Below, in pieces: positions 1 to 10,989 of a DNA stretch of 64,000 nucleotides. The translations under genes and the position numbers were made by a program. Under the pieces are notes generated by a model. That model searched no databases. It saw nothing but the letters and a program-made list of their open reading frames with translations, and had not been told where the DNA came from. The stretch comes from Gemmatimonadota bacterium (lineage in GTDB: Bacteria; Gemmatimonadota; Gemmatimonadetes; Gemmatimonadales; GWC2-71-9): the NCBI GenBank assembly GCA_036679605.1, contig JAZDCZ010000085.1, positions 95,404-159,403 on the forward strand. Direction: 5' to 3'. Every line of letters begins with the position of its first letter. Within the stretch, counting starts at the first letter, position 1.

Positions 1-631
1 TATCGCCGATGCCTTTGACTCCTGGAATGTTATCGGACGAGTCTCCTACCATGGCCAGATAGTCCACCACACGCTCGGGTGATACACCCAACCGCAACGG
101 GGCGTTCTCGAGGTCGATCAACTGTTCACTAACCGGAGATGGACCTCCGCGTCCGGGGTTCAAGATTAGTACGTCCTCGGATATCAGTTGATAGAAGTCC
201 TTATCACCCGACACGATTACCGCCTGGAGGTTCTGATCTACCGCCCGAGCGGCGAGAGTGCCTATAACATCGTCTGCTTCATAACCCTTTACTTCGACCA
301 AAACGATGTTGAACGCCTTGAGCAATTCTTCAATTCGTTCGATGGACCGATCGAAATCTTCCTGTAACTCATCATCGAGTTTTTGCCTGGTTGCTTTGTA
401 TTCGGGATACTTCTCGGTTCGAAAGGAGGAGCCCGCATCATGTACCCATGCCACGTATGTGGGATCATGCTGCTGGAAAAGACGGTGAAGAAAACTTGCT
501 ACACCCCAGACTGCCGAAGTGTTTTCACCGCGGCTGGTACGCAGTGGCCGACTGATCATGGCGAAGAACGCTCTATAGATCAGCGCATAACCGTCTATGA
601 GAAAAATCTTGGGTCGATCTTCGGTTTTCAT
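1..631 (-). CDS. polA: DNA polymerase I, N-terminal 5'-3' exonuclease domain (partial, runs off window start)
   Basis: Manual translation from ATG 631: MKTEDRPKIFLIDGYALIYRAFFA...YPEYKATR...GYEADDVIGTLA...SGDKDFYQL...GDSSDNIPGVKGIGD; absent from ORF track. Confidence 0.95.
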   Translation of the reverse strand, partial: MKTEDRPKIFLIDGYALIYRAFFAMISRPLRTSRGENTSAVWGVASFLHRLFQQHDPTYVAWVHDAGSSFRTEKYPEYKATRQKLDDELQEDFDRSIERIEELLKAFNIVLVEVKGYEADDVIGTLAARAVDQNLQAVIVSGDKDFYQLISEDVLILNPGRGGPSPVSEQLIDLENAPLRLGVSPERVVDYLAMVGDSSDNIPGVKGIGD

Positions 632-649
632 GGCCGACAAGAATAGTTG

Positions 650-690
650 AAAAACAAGAGCCCCGCCCAGTGTAAGCTAGCGGGCGGGGC
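650..690 (-). terminator. Rho-independent terminator downstream of cspA
   Basis: GCCCCGCCC...GGGCGGGGC stem followed by TCTTGTTTTT on minus strand. Confidence 0.7.
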
Positions 691-709
691 AGACGATCAA
701 CTCGACCAG

Positions 710-913
710 TTAAACCTGGACAACTTGGCTCGCGTTGAGTCCCCTGTCTCCCTCCTGAAGTTCAAATTCCACCTCTTGGCCCTCCTGGAGGGTCCGGAAT
801 CCATCCACTTGAATTGCTGAAAAATGTACAAATACGTCGTCGCCGCCTGACATCTGCTCAATGAATCCGTATCCCTTCGAGTCATTGAACCATTTCACCT
901 TCCCACGTGGCAT
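710..913 (-). CDS. cspA: Cold-shock protein (CspA family)
   Basis: [27 protein letters not shown]1/RNP2 motifs. Confidence 0.95.
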   Translation of the reverse strand: MPRGKVKWFNDSKGYGFIEQMSGGDDVFVHFSAIQVDGFRTLQEGQEVEFELQEGDRGLNASQVVQV

Positions 914-1021
914 TTACCTGCCTCCTGTGATCGGTTGGATTGCTAGACCCATACCAGTCCACGACTACCACTCATGATTCTGCTGCACCGGGAACACACC
1001 TGTCAACCCACAACCGTGCAT

Positions 1022-3253
1022 TCAAGGCAAGCCCCGGCTGCCGGCCTCCGCCGGACCGGACGGATAGAGCGCTCGGTAGAGTTCTCTATTGCGAATAACC
1101 GTCTTTAGATAACCCCGTGTCTCGGCATAGGTTACGGCCTCCACGAAACGTACGGGATCATCGGACCCTGGAACACGAAGCCAACGCCTTACTGGAGTTC
1201 CACCAGCGTTGTAAGCCGCCAGAGCAGGGGCTATCTCGCCTTTGTAAGTGCGCAGCAGTGCCGCGAAATGCGCCACGCCCAAATGCAGATTGGCGTCCGC
1301 GACCAACAGTAGCCTCCGGTCCCATTCGATGGAAAGTCCTCGAGCCACCCCTCTACCTGTCGGCGGCATGAGCTGCATCAAACCGTGCGCGCCGGCCCTG
1401 GAGATAGCGCCGGACTTGAACGAAGATTCCTGACGGATGAGCCCGGCAACGAGGTAGGGATCTACGTCAAATTCCCGGGCCTCTGCCTCAATCAAATCAC
1501 GCAAGGGCCATGGGAAAATCACCCGAAGGACTCTGGGATGATTGAGCGTGTACGCTTGCGCAGCACGCCAACCAAGCCGAATTCCCTCCGTAGTATGCCC
1601 ACGCTTTATGAGCCCTTCAGCTAGATCCAAGAGTACGTTCGGCGGCCGGGGCCGACGCTCCATTATGGATCCGATTAGAACTTCCGCGTCCTTCTCGAAC
1701 AGCGCTTCCGTTAGCACGTCCAAGGCTGCCAAGATTTCGAGCGCCGCACGGCTCATTGGCGCTTGTCGGATCGGGTCGACCTTCAAAGGAGGCAATCCCG
1801 CTGCTGTTCTAGCGATAGTTCCGTAATAGCCAATGGAGTCGGTCCGTGCCAAGCTCGCCCAAAGCCCCGACGCCTCCAGCGTGTCACCGCCGGCTGCAAA
1901 TAGCTCGGCCATGCGATAGCTAGCTTGGTGCCTCTCTACCCCGGATCTACTGATTTCGACCTGGTACCACTGCTGGACAACTGCGGTATCTCCGGCCGCA
2001 AGTGCCCGTCTGGCCAGCCTGAAGCGTGACCTGGATGCGAAGATCGAGCGTGGCCAGCGCTCTGAAATGGCTTCGTACAATTCCTGACCGCCGCGCTGTG
2101 GCCGCGCTCGCATTTTTCGTTCAGCTACCGTATACAGTGCCTCCGCGGCACGCGCGTGCGCCGGGTGATTGTCAGCAAAATCTTCCAATGCGGCGAGACC
2201 GGCCGATACTCTACCTAACCTCAGCTGAAGTCTACCCCGGCGAAATTCGGCGGCTAACCCAGATACCCCGCCCAGTTCGATTGCGCGGCGGTACGAATTC
2301 AAAGCTTTGACACGCGAGCCGGTTTGGGCGAGGAGATCGCCCCACAACAACAGCGCCTCTGCGCTGGGAGGACCCACCTCGACAGATCGTGCAGCGAGCC
2401 CGACCGCTGCGCGCGCTCCCCTGAGCCTAAGAGTCGCCCGAGCAAGCGAGACGAATTCATCTTGGCTGCTAGGGGTCATCCGCCCCGTAAGTGCAAGCGC
2501 CTCCCGTAGGTGGACAGTATCCGGATCGCTCAACGCACCGTAAGTCAGGTTTCTAGCCCGGGCACTGTCTCCTCGTGCCAACGCCAGAACCGCGGCTCGA
2601 AGAGGTAATCCCGCTCTTACGAACATAATCGTCGCACCAGCGGTGTCTGAGGCTGCCAGCCGTAGCTCCGCGCGCGCACCCGCGGCAAGGGTGCGAGCAG
2701 CGCGCGGCACCGCAGCCAACAGCGAGAATGCGCGCGCAGTATCTGTCATGGTTCGTGCACGCCGAATCGCCAGCCAACTGCCAATCTCGGGCAAAAGGCT
2801 TGTGGCCAATCGGTATTGAGTATTGGCCGTTTCCTTTGCATTTGCATGTTCGAACGATTCGCCGGCGCGCGCGAAATAGACGCCGCGATTATGCCCCAGC
2901 GAAACTTCGGCCGCTGACACGAATAGCGTGGCCGCGCTGTCGAACCTACCCAACCTGTACTCGATCTCTCCCAGGATCGAATACAGCTCGCCCCCTAGCG
3001 CCATCCTGTCGCGATACTTCCTGAGGAGCGCACCGGCCAGTTTGGGTCTTCCCAGAACGAGTTCGAGCCGCGCAGCTCTAAGCACGTCAGCCGGGCGCGC
3101 TGAAGATTCTCCTAGCTTTGCCTCCAGGCCCACGGCCTCGTGCCACACCGCTATGTCGTTCCAGTGGGATGCATCCTGACCGATGCCACGCTGTGGGGTC
3201 AGCACCACCAATGCGTATGCCAGTGACACTGCGAGCCACTTCCGGTTGTCCAC
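1022..3253 (-). CDS. Soluble lytic transglycosylase with TPR-like N-terminal region
   Basis: C-terminal SLT motifs IRQESSF, GLMQLMP, AAYNAG, ETRGY; GTG start at 3253 chosen from upstream AGGAG (open frame extends to 3388). Confidence 0.85.
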   Translation of the reverse strand: MDNRKWLAVSLAYALVVLTPQRGIGQDASHWNDIAVWHEAVGLEAKLGESSARPADVLRAARLELVLGRPKLAGALLRKYRDRMALGGELYSILGEIEYRLGRFDSAATLFVSAAEVSLGHNRGVYFARAGESFEHANAKETANTQYRLATSLLPEIGSWLAIRRARTMTDTARAFSLLAAVPRAARTLAAGARAELRLAASDTAGATIMFVRAGLPLRAAVLALARGDSARARNLTYGALSDPDTVHLREALALTGRMTPSSQDEFVSLARATLRLRGARAAVGLAARSVEVGPPSAEALLLWGDLLAQTGSRVKALNSYRRAIELGGVSGLAAEFRRGRLQLRLGRVSAGLAALEDFADNHPAHARAAEALYTVAERKMRARPQRGGQELYEAISERWPRSIFASRSRFRLARRALAAGDTAVVQQWYQVEISRSGVERHQASYRMAELFAAGGDTLEASGLWASLARTDSIGYYGTIARTAAGLPPLKVDPIRQAPMSRAALEILAALDVLTEALFEKDAEVLIGSIMERRPRPPNVLLDLAEGLIKRGHTTEGIRLGWRAAQAYTLNHPRVLRVIFPWPLRDLIEAEAREFDVDPYLVAGLIRQESSFKSGAISRAGAHGLMQLMPPTGRGVARGLSIEWDRRLLLVADANLHLGVAHFAALLRTYKGEIAPALAAYNAGGTPVRRWLRVPGSDDPVRFVEAVTYAETRGYLKTVIRNRELYRALYPSGPAEAGSRGLP

Positions 3254-3497
3254 TATTCTCTGGGCTCCTTTGGAAACACTTTCAACAACAGCGACCAAAA
3301 CGGTCACATACTGGGGGTTTTTGCGATCCCCTATTGCTTGATACACCAAAAAGCCCTCAATCGCAAAACCACCTAGGTCATGCAGCAATTAACGTGCGCC
3401 GCAGCGGAGCTGGGGGGGGGCAAATCCAGCACAAATGTCACAATGACTACCACTGCGACTTGCAGTCGCTCCACCGGGGCTGTTACTTTCGCGCTCA

Positions 3498-4415
3498 ATG
3501 CCAGCCGAAGACCTCACCGGACAAACGATTGCGGGGTACCGCCTGCTAGAGCAGGTGGGCGAAGGTGGAACCGCGCTAGTTTACAAAGCAGAGCATCCAG
3601 ACCGTGGGATTTGTGCGCTCAAGATTCTTAAAGAACGGACGCGGAACGACCCAACCGCTGTGAAGCGCTTCCTCAGGGAAGCCGGCTACGGTGCCCGAGT
3701 TGACCATGTGTCAGTGGTGCGCACATACGAGTACGATCAAGAAGACGGCATCTATTACCTGGCCCTGGAGTGGGTCAACGGAGAGTCCCTTTCCAAGTTC
3801 GTTAAGCGCTCTGGTCGTGTGGCCCCTGAGCTGGTTGCGTATATCCTTGGACATCTGGCAGATGGTCTCCTCGCCTCGCACGCAGTCGGCATCATCCACC
3901 GGGATCTCAAACCAGAAAACATCGTCTATGATCCGGAGACGAAGATCGTCAAACTGCTCGACTTCGGGATTGCACGGGATGCTCAGGAACCTTCGTCGGA
4001 GCGTCTTACCCGAACGGGATTCTTCGTCGGTACGTTGCAGTATGTGGCCCCGGAAGCTTTGTCCGGAGAACTCGTCGGCGAAGCCGCAGACATCTATAGC
4101 GTGGCCAAGATCGCTTATTACATGCTCACCGGAGTGCATCCGCACACAGGTCGTTCACCAAGAGAGGTCTTCCAGCAACTTCTTACTCAACCACCAACTC
4201 CGCTCAACGAGGCCGTGAAGGGTCTCAAGTTCCCGCCTCAACTCGAAGCAGCGGTAATGAAGGGGCTCGAACGCCAGCCGTCTGATCGGCAATCCACTGT
4301 CGGCGAACTCGCCGACGATCTTGAGAAAGGCGCGAGAGCCGAGGCTCCGGTGGCCAAAGCAGGTGGTTTTCTAGGGGCTCTAAAATCGTTCGGCAAGAAG
4401 CGAGACAAAAACTAG
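3498..4415 (+). CDS. Stand-alone Hanks-type Ser/Thr protein kinase
   Basis: GEGG, ALK, HRDLKPEN, DFG, GTLQYVAPE. Confidence 0.9.
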   Translation: MPAEDLTGQTIAGYRLLEQVGEGGTALVYKAEHPDRGICALKILKERTRNDPTAVKRFLREAGYGARVDHVSVVRTYEYDQEDGIYYLALEWVNGESLSKFVKRSGRVAPELVAYILGHLADGLLASHAVGIIHRDLKPENIVYDPETKIVKLLDFGIARDAQEPSSERLTRTGFFVGTLQYVAPEALSGELVGEAADIYSVAKIAYYMLTGVHPHTGRSPREVFQQLLTQPPTPLNEAVKGLKFPPQLEAAVMKGLERQPSDRQSTVGELADDLEKGARAEAPVAKAGGFLGALKSFGKKRDKN

Positions 4416-4448
4416 TAGTAGTAGTTACTACTACGTAATATTTGAGCA

Positions 4449-5039
4449 GTGGGGGACCACAAAATAGATCACCATTCCGCGCTCGTGACACTACTCAGAG
4501 AGCGCTCTTACCAGGTCGGACGCTTCACCCTCGCCTCGGGTCGCAAGACCTCCCACTATGTAGATGCACGCCACACGACCATGTCCGCAGCCGGCCTGCA
4601 CCTAATAGGGCTCCTGGGGCTCGCCGAAATTCGGCGAGCCAATTGGCACCCGGCCTCGGTCGGAGGGCTCACTTTGGGCGCAGACCCATTCTCCTACGCT
4701 ATCGCCCTGGCCAGCCGACGAGACCCGCCTGAGATTGACGCCTTCACCGTGCGAAAAGAGCCGAAGGGACACGGTTTGCAACGTCAGATAGAGGGGTGCT
4801 TCGTACAACGGGAACGTGTCGTAGTACTGGAAGACGTGGTCACCACCGGCGGTTCTGCCCTCAAGGCTATTGAGATCTTGGTTGAATCAGGAGCCGACAT
4901 CGCTGGGGTACTGGCCGTTGTTGATCGGGAAGAGGGTGGAGAAAACGCCATCGAGAACGCTGGGTACGCGCTTCGCTCGCTGGTCACACTGACAGACTTG
5001 ATCGGAGGTTCCCCGGGCGATCAGCGTGAGCAGACATGA
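4449..5039 (+). CDS. pyrE: Orotate phosphoribosyltransferase
   Basis: [22 protein letters not shown] motif [13 protein letters not shown]. Confidence 0.93.
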   Translation: MGDHKIDHHSALVTLLRERSYQVGRFTLASGRKTSHYVDARHTTMSAAGLHLIGLLGLAEIRRANWHPASVGGLTLGADPFSYAIALASRRDPPEIDAFTVRKEPKGHGLQRQIEGCFVQRERVVVLEDVVTTGGSALKAIEILVESGADIAGVLAVVDREEGGENAIENAGYALRSLVTLTDLIGGSPGDQREQT

Positions 5040-6625
5040 CCGGAGATGAGCAACGCCGGGAAGATCTGGCGATCCTAGCCCAGAGTCAGAAGCGGCGATG
5101 GGTCATGCTGACGTTCGGTTTCTTGGCGGTTGCACTCGGCTTGATGGTCGGTTGGGTTCGAGCATCTCCTACGACCCTTGCCATGATCTTTCTTGCGGCT
5201 GCCGCTAGCAACATTCTCTTTGTCCCCATGATACGAGGGGCTGGAGATTCCAGATGGCTGGTCTTTTTGTCGGCTGTTTTCGACATCGCCATAGCCGCTC
5301 TGGTGGTCCTATTCTACAGATCGGGCGCCATGGCCACCGTGTTTCTGTTGGCTATTCTACCGTATTCAGCCAGCAGCAGGTTCAAGACTGGAGACACACT
5401 CGCTGTGGCCGCTGCACTGACCTTCTTGGTAGTGGTGAACCTCCCCCTGACTTCACAGCAACCGCGATCATTATCGGAGATTCCCTCCATACGGTATCTT
5501 GAAACCGCCACCCTGTTCTTGGTGGGAGCGGCGCTTATGCGTCTGTCCCGCCGCTTCATGCGTCGGATTGCAGATTTGCGCTCGGTCCTGGCCAACGTTG
5601 GGGCCAGGGCGTCCTTGCCTGCTGCAGTTGACTCGCCCCACGACGAACTTGGGTTGCTCGGATCTTCGTTAGATCGCCTGCTCGGCGAATTGGAGCTGGT
5701 TCGCACAACTGCGAGTCAGGCAGGCGAGGAAGTTCGTAGCTTCTCTCGAACCTTGGTCGACTCGACGCAATCCCTAACGACGGCGGCGCAAACGATCGAA
5801 TCGACCACTCGTGCACTTGCCACCGACATCGGCGAACATGGTCAGAGCACGATGACAGTTGGTACACAGGGTGATACCGCTCTGATTGGTTCAGAGTTGG
5901 GCGCCCAGGCACACATGCTAGGGGCAGACTCCGTTCGGTTGGCAGAGCTAGCCGCCAACGGGCACGATCTCTTGGAACAAGCGTCCAAGACGTTAGCCGC
6001 ACTTGGTAGCGACATTGAATCTTCGGAAACCGCAGTGAGCCTGCTCGCACAGTTGTCGAAACGAATCGAGGTATTGGCTCAAGGTTCAGGTCGAATCGCC
6101 CGCCAGACCCATGTGCTTGCTCTCAATGCCGCAATAGAATCGGCCAGGGCGGGGGACCAAGGAGAGGGGTTCGGGGTCGTGGCCGAGCAGGTGCGTAACC
6201 TAGCTGGTGAGGCTGGTATATCAGCTCGGGACATGACGGGTCTGTTGAGTGAGTTGAGAACACATGTGGAATCGGTGGCCGGGACCCTAGCTACAGACGG
6301 TGAAAAGGTGAAAACGGTGGCTCACGCCGCCACTCAAGCCAGTGGCACCATGGATGATTTACATCGACGACTCCAGCAAGCTTCCGACTTGGCCTCGCAA
6401 ACTAGAGCCGTGATCCGCACGTTGATTGACCAGAACTCAGATCTGGTCGAAACCCTGTCAGATTCTGCCGCGAACAGTCGCGCTTGGCTCGGCAAGGCGG
6501 AGACGGGATTGCAAGCGTTGTCATCTCAAGTCCAGACTTTGGAAGAACTGAACCAGCGGGCGAGCAAGCTCTCAGAAGTGGGCAGTAGGCTCCGGGCTAC
6601 CGGCCATCTCCATACCAACGACTGA
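5036..6625 (+). CDS. Methyl-accepting chemotaxis-like membrane protein
   Basis: Several N-terminal TM segments, HAMP-like DELGLL, signalling motif [34 protein letters not shown]. Confidence 0.85.
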   Translation: MTGDEQRREDLAILAQSQKRRWVMLTFGFLAVALGLMVGWVRASPTTLAMIFLAAAASNILFVPMIRGAGDSRWLVFLSAVFDIAIAALVVLFYRSGAMATVFLLAILPYSASSRFKTGDTLAVAAALTFLVVVNLPLTSQQPRSLSEIPSIRYLETATLFLVGAALMRLSRRFMRRIADLRSVLANVGARASLPAAVDSPHDELGLLGSSLDRLLGELELVRTTASQAGEEVRSFSRTLVDSTQSLTTAAQTIESTTRALATDIGEHGQSTMTVGTQGDTALIGSELGAQAHMLGADSVRLAELAANGHDLLEQASKTLAALGSDIESSETAVSLLAQLSKRIEVLAQGSGRIARQTHVLALNAAIESARAGDQGEGFGVVAEQVRNLAGEAGISARDMTGLLSELRTHVESVAGTLATDGEKVKTVAHAATQASGTMDDLHRRLQQASDLASQTRAVIRTLIDQNSDLVETLSDSAANSRAWLGKAETGLQALSSQVQTLEELNQRASKLSEVGSRLRATGHLHTND

Positions 6626-6645
6626 CCGCCCCTCCCGCCATTTCG

Positions 6646-7503
6646 TCATCCTAAGTGCCCGAGGTAGCCCACCCCATTTTCGAGCGGATGAAAAGTTCGA
6701 AATGTGTTGCGGAAGGGAACGATCAGCCGCTCAACAAGTTCCTTGAGCGCGGATTCGAACGAAGACCTGCGACGAAACTCGCTCGCTGTTGCACCGGTCA
6801 ACGTGCGCAGATGGCGGCAGAAGCTCTGGGGTGATGAAAATTCCAGTCGGTATGCCACATCGGCGATTGAGATCCCCGGCATTTCTAGTAGAGCTGCCGC
6901 GTATGTAAGCCGGGTCGCCGCAAGATATTGTCTGGGAGAGGGAAGATCCGCCCTCAGAAACCTAGACATGAACGTGGAGGGCGCGACGTGCAGACACTCT
7001 GTGAGAGCATTGACAGTCCTGAGACCCGGTGCAAGGCGAACTATCACTTCGAAAACTTTGCGACAATCGTGGGTCGGCTGGCCTAGGGCGGGCAGTACAG
7101 CACCAAAAATTCTCGCTGCGGTCGCGGAGGTTGGTTGCGACAACAGCTCGCGGAGAAACTGCCAGCCCGCTCGACCGCTCAAATCGATCATTCTTCGCAC
7201 GCCGTAGGCTCCGAGTTCCAGCAGTCGCTCACTGCTAGCCGAATCGTGGCGTGAGACCAAAGCCACTGTCGATACTGCGGGGAATCCGTCGACGAGCGTG
7301 GCCACAGCCGGAAGATCCTCTCTGCTTACGCAACTGGGAGAGACGAACACCGCCTGGACCGGCCGCTCCCTAACCGCCCGCAGGACCTCACGTATTGTTC
7401 TCGCATGGAACGGGGAAAACCGACCCTGTGCAACTGCGTCGATACTGGCTCGGACTCCTGGTTCAATCACCGTCGCAACAGTGGTGGCATCGCAACCTGA
7501 CAC
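6646..7503 (-). CDS. AraC-family transcriptional regulator
   Basis: C-terminal SIADVAYRLEFSSPQSFCRHLRTLTGATASEFR. Confidence 0.85.
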   Translation of the reverse strand: MSGCDATTVATVIEPGVRASIDAVAQGRFSPFHARTIREVLRAVRERPVQAVFVSPSCVSREDLPAVATLVDGFPAVSTVALVSRHDSASSERLLELGAYGVRRMIDLSGRAGWQFLRELLSQPTSATAARIFGAVLPALGQPTHDCRKVFEVIVRLAPGLRTVNALTECLHVAPSTFMSRFLRADLPSPRQYLAATRLTYAAALLEMPGISIADVAYRLEFSSPQSFCRHLRTLTGATASEFRRRSSFESALKELVERLIVPFRNTFRTFHPLENGVGYLGHLG

Positions 7504-7640
7504 TCGCGAGTCGCTCCTTAGAAAGTGGTCGGCGACGACTATACGATCGCGGTATCAACCAACCATCAACCTCCAGCTCCCGGTCTCAACACAGCCTCCG
7601 TCCCTTCATCCTCAGATAGTCAAGTGGTATCTTGTGGGCG

Positions 7641-8005
7641 GTGGTGGAGCGTGACGGTCGCGGCTCGTTCCTAGAGCGGGTCGAGGAAAGTCCGAGCTCC
7701 GCAGGGCAGACTGCCAGGTAACGCCTGGGCGCCGGAAGGCGATGGACAGGGCCACAGAAAAGAAACCGCCCACCTCTCTTGGTGGGTAAGGGTGAAAAGG
7801 TGGGGTAAGAGCCCACCGCGCGGTTGGTAACAGCCGCGGCACGGTAACCCCCAGTCGGAGCAAGGCCAAATAGGCAGCGAGGCCCGGCCCGGGCCAGTGA
7901 GCTGCGGGTAGGCCGCTCGAGGTAGCGGGTGACCGCTATCCCAGATAGATGACCGTCTGTATGCCCTAGGGTATGCGAACTGGACTCGGCTTACGGCTCC
8001 ACCAC
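7641..8005 (+). ncRNA. rnpB: RNase P RNA (bacterial type A)
   Basis: GAGGAAAGTCC, GCCACAGAAA, GGTGAAA, GGTAAGAGC, GAGCAAG, CGGCTTA conserved blocks; P1 pairing GTGGTGGAGC/GCTCCACCAC. Confidence 0.95.
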
Positions 8006-8192
8006 TCCTCGCTCTGCCGATCGGCGAGGACAGCTGAAAGAGCCGTCCTGCTAGGAAATTACAAATATGACCCTGAAAGGACATGCGACATAGGGGCTGG
8101 CACCTGCTCAAGGTATCCCAGCAGCAGGGTGACATGGTCGCGGTGTTCGGCCGCACGAAGGAGGAATTGCTCTTGAAAAAAGAACTATCCCA

Positions 8193-9020
8193 TTGAGGCG
8201 GCTCGGAATCACTGCGGCGGTATGCGCGATCGTGATCGCCGGATGCAGCAGCTCGGCAAGCAACGGCCCGGCCCCTGTTGAGCGAGCGACCTATCAACCT
8301 TACAACGCCGGCTACAGAGGCATCACGGTGGGCCAAATCGAGCAAGAGTTCAACGGCCAGGTGATAGCCAACCAATTCGGGAAGGAGTACTTCGTCACGG
8401 CTGAGGTGGTCGCTGCAACCCCAACCTTGAGTGCGACGCTGGTCCTAGATTCCATTATCAACGTCCGAGGGTCCGGGTCGGCAGCTTCTGCCGAGCAAGC
8501 CCCTGCTGCCTGGGGGACAATCTTCACGGGAACGCTAGCGACCACCGGAGAGATCGTAGACTTTCACGGCAGCTCCATTGTCGCGGGGGTCGCAAAGGAG
8601 CTGGTCGACCGACTATTCAAGCAGTTCTTCCCCCGGATTCCCCGTGATGGTGCCGAGGCCGGTGCGCTCTGGACCGACACACTGGAAACCACGGCAGATG
8701 TCGGGGGAGTGAGGAGCAATGTCCATGCGGTGAACAATCACTCCGCTACCGGTTGGGTCACACACGCCGGCCGGCGTGCATTTCACATCGTCTCCGAGGC
8801 GCAGTATGTGTTTTCCGGGTCAGGCACCCAGGCAGGTCAAGAGTTCACATTGGAAGGAAAAGGGCACCGGGTCACGCACCAGTACATAGGAGCGGACGGC
8901 AGCTATCTGGGGTTCACCGCAACAGACTCTGCCCAGGCGCAGGCCAAGTTGACTCAATTGGGATTGGTCATCCCGGTGCGGCAACAACGATTTGACACTC
9001 TCACAGTGATAGCGCATTGA
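8193..9020 (+). CDS. Hypothetical lipoprotein
   Basis: Signal peptide with lipobox IAG-C; beta-rich body. Confidence 0.75.
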   Translation: MRRLGITAAVCAIVIAGCSSSASNGPAPVERATYQPYNAGYRGITVGQIEQEFNGQVIANQFGKEYFVTAEVVAATPTLSATLVLDSIINVRGSGSAASAEQAPAAWGTIFTGTLATTGEIVDFHGSSIVAGVAKELVDRLFKQFFPRIPRDGAEAGALWTDTLETTADVGGVRSNVHAVNNHSATGWVTHAGRRAFHIVSEAQYVFSGSGTQAGQEFTLEGKGHRVTHQYIGADGSYLGFTATDSAQAQAKLTQLGLVIPVRQQRFDTLTVIAH

Positions 9021-9850
9021 GGCCGTTAGTCCTTCTCTGCACAATCTGTCTATCACTGACCTCAGTGAAGGCGGGCGCCCAGGTCATTCACCCGCGATCC
9101 GCTGACTACCTCTTCACCAGCGCTGCTACCGATGCGCGGGCGCTTTGGGTCAATCCTGCAGGGCCAGCCTCGTCATCCGATGCTTCTGTATACGGTGAGT
9201 TGCTGTTCGAGCGACCGCAGTCAGATATTCGCCTGTCACAGTGGGGTTTTGGCTTTAGTTCTCGCGGATTCTCGTTTGGATACTTGAGGGATCGTGTAGG
9301 CGGAGGAATAACGAATCAAGCATACCGCATTGGCCTAGCTCGCGGATTCAGGGGTGGATCAGCCGGACTTTCAATGGGCTTCTACAAGGGAGCGTCGACC
9401 AACCGCGGTGTCGATCTCGGTGTCCGCTACACGTTCCTGCCAGCGGTCGATTTTGCTGTCGTACTTCGGAATATCGGCCAGCCGCTCATTCGCACCGAGC
9501 AGATCCCGTTCACAGGTGTAGCCGGTGTCAGCTGGACTGGTTTGACCAGCCATGTTGATCTGATGGGCGAGCTGGTAGGCGCTAATAGGATTGGGCGGTC
9601 CGGCTACGATATTTCATACCGCACCGGTGCTCGCATACAACTTGGGCGGCCGATCCCGATCATGGCTCTGGCGGCCATCGATTTCGCGAGCGATCTGGGC
9701 ATTGATCGCTTGACGATCGGAATCTCCATCGGTGGCAACAGGAAAGTACTGCTGGCTGGGACTGTTGTTCCAACTGCCGGTGCCGCGGATTTCAATCAAC
9801 TCAGCGTGACTGGCGTGGCCGTTGATCCACTTGGAAGTCAGCAGCGCTAA
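9017..9850 (+). CDS. Hypothetical exported protein, possibly outer-membrane beta-barrel
   Basis: Signal peptide, ALWVNPAG motif, alternating amphipathic strands; 4-nt overlap with upstream gene. Confidence 0.65.
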   Translation: MRPLVLLCTICLSLTSVKAGAQVIHPRSADYLFTSAATDARALWVNPAGPASSSDASVYGELLFERPQSDIRLSQWGFGFSSRGFSFGYLRDRVGGGITNQAYRIGLARGFRGGSAGLSMGFYKGASTNRGVDLGVRYTFLPAVDFAVVLRNIGQPLIRTEQIPFTGVAGVSWTGLTSHVDLMGELVGANRIGRSGYDISYRTGARIQLGRPIPIMALAAIDFASDLGIDRLTIGISIGGNRKVLLAGTVVPTAGAADFNQLSVTGVAVDPLGSQQR

Positions 9851-9874
9851 CTCGCCCTTAGCAAGTCTCCCAGC

Positions 9875-10984
9875 TCAATCTAGAAGACGTAGCGGCATCA
9901 CCAGACAGGTATAGGTTGCCGGATCATCCCAACCCACAGGCTCGACCGTTGCGGCGCGTTCCGGCGCCTTGAACGTAAGCCTAATTTCGTCTGTCGGCAT
10001 AAACTTCAGTATGTCGAGCAGATAGTTCGCGTTGAAACCGATCTCCAACTCTTCTCCCCCATAGGATATCGCGATCTCGTCAGACGCCTCTCCTAGGTCC
10101 GGAGTGCTCACTGAAAACCTCAATGAATCGCTGCCAAACGCCAGCCTCACACGATGCGTTTGGTCACTCGCTACGACACCTACCCTTCTCAATGCTGATA
10201 TGAGGGTACTCTTTTCGACCGTGGCCTCTTTATCGTTATCCTTCGGGATGACCTGCTCGTAGTTGGGGTACGGTCCCTCTATGAGACGGGTGAAGATGAG
10301 AGTCGAACTGCTCCTAAAGCCCAAGTGGTTATCGCTCCTAGCGATGTCGACTTCATCCGAGGTCCCAAACAGACGCCGGACCTGATCGAGAGCTTTTGGT
10401 GGGATTATCAGGTCGGTCGATGTGCCCCCACCGGATATCGGCACATCCATTCTTGCTAGCCTATGGCCGTTCGTTGCTACCATCCGCATATAGTCGCTAC
10501 GAAGTTCCCATAGAACGCCGTTCAGAATGGGTCGGCTCTCTTCTGTGGACGCGGCGAATGCGACGTGGTTTATGAGTTTCTGAAGATCGCTTGATGTAGC
10601 TGTCCAGCTATCCTTGAAATCGACCGGTGGGAAGGTCGGGAACTCTTCCTTGGGAATTCCGAGCAGCTTGAACTTTGAGCGGCCACATTCGAGATTGATC
10701 CGCTGTTCACCCACGCTGGTAATTCGAATCGCCGCACTGGGAAGTTCACGAACGATTTCAACCAATTTTTTAGCGGGGAGTGTAGTCGAGCCTTCCTCAT
10801 CGATCTCAGCAGGTACGACCGTGCTGACTGCAATGTCGAGGTCGGTACCAGATAACCGGACTCCTTCTTCTGAAGCTTCGACGAGAATATTCGAAAGCAC
10901 AGGGAGAGTTGTCTTTGCCGGTACACTAGCCGCTACAGCCAAAAGACCTTCCTGTAATCGTTCTCTGGTGATGGTGAACTTCAT
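9875..10984 (-). CDS. dnaN: DNA polymerase III beta sliding clamp
   Basis: MKFTI, GTDLD, ATNGHRL, RLIEGPYPNY, IGFN, LVMPLR. Confidence 0.98.
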   Translation of the reverse strand: MKFTITRERLQEGLLAVAASVPAKTTLPVLSNILVEASEEGVRLSGTDLDIAVSTVVPAEIDEEGSTTLPAKKLVEIVRELPSAAIRITSVGEQRINLECGRSKFKLLGIPKEEFPTFPPVDFKDSWTATSSDLQKLINHVAFAASTEESRPILNGVLWELRSDYMRMVATNGHRLARMDVPISGGGTSTDLIIPPKALDQVRRLFGTSDEVDIARSDNHLGFRSSSTLIFTRLIEGPYPNYEQVIPKDNDKEATVEKSTLISALRRVGVVASDQTHRVRLAFGSDSLRFSVSTPDLGEASDEIAISYGGEELEIGFNANYLLDILKFMPTDEIRLTFKAPERAATVEPVGWDDPATYTCLVMPLRLLD

Positions 10985-10989
10985 AACTC

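Noticed and set aside
3316..3370. Inverted repeat GGTTTTTGCGAT...ATCGCAAAACC as a riboswitch
   Set aside because: No recognisable aptamer consensus; single instance.
4413..4434. TAGTAGTAGTAGTTACTACTAC as a second DnaA-trio/origin element
   Set aside because: No adjacent DnaA boxes; more simply a short inverted repeat at the kinase stop codon.
7586..8375. Minus-strand ORFs 7586-7816, 7612-7869 and 7671-8375
   Set aside because: Antisense shadows of rnpB and the neighbouring gene.
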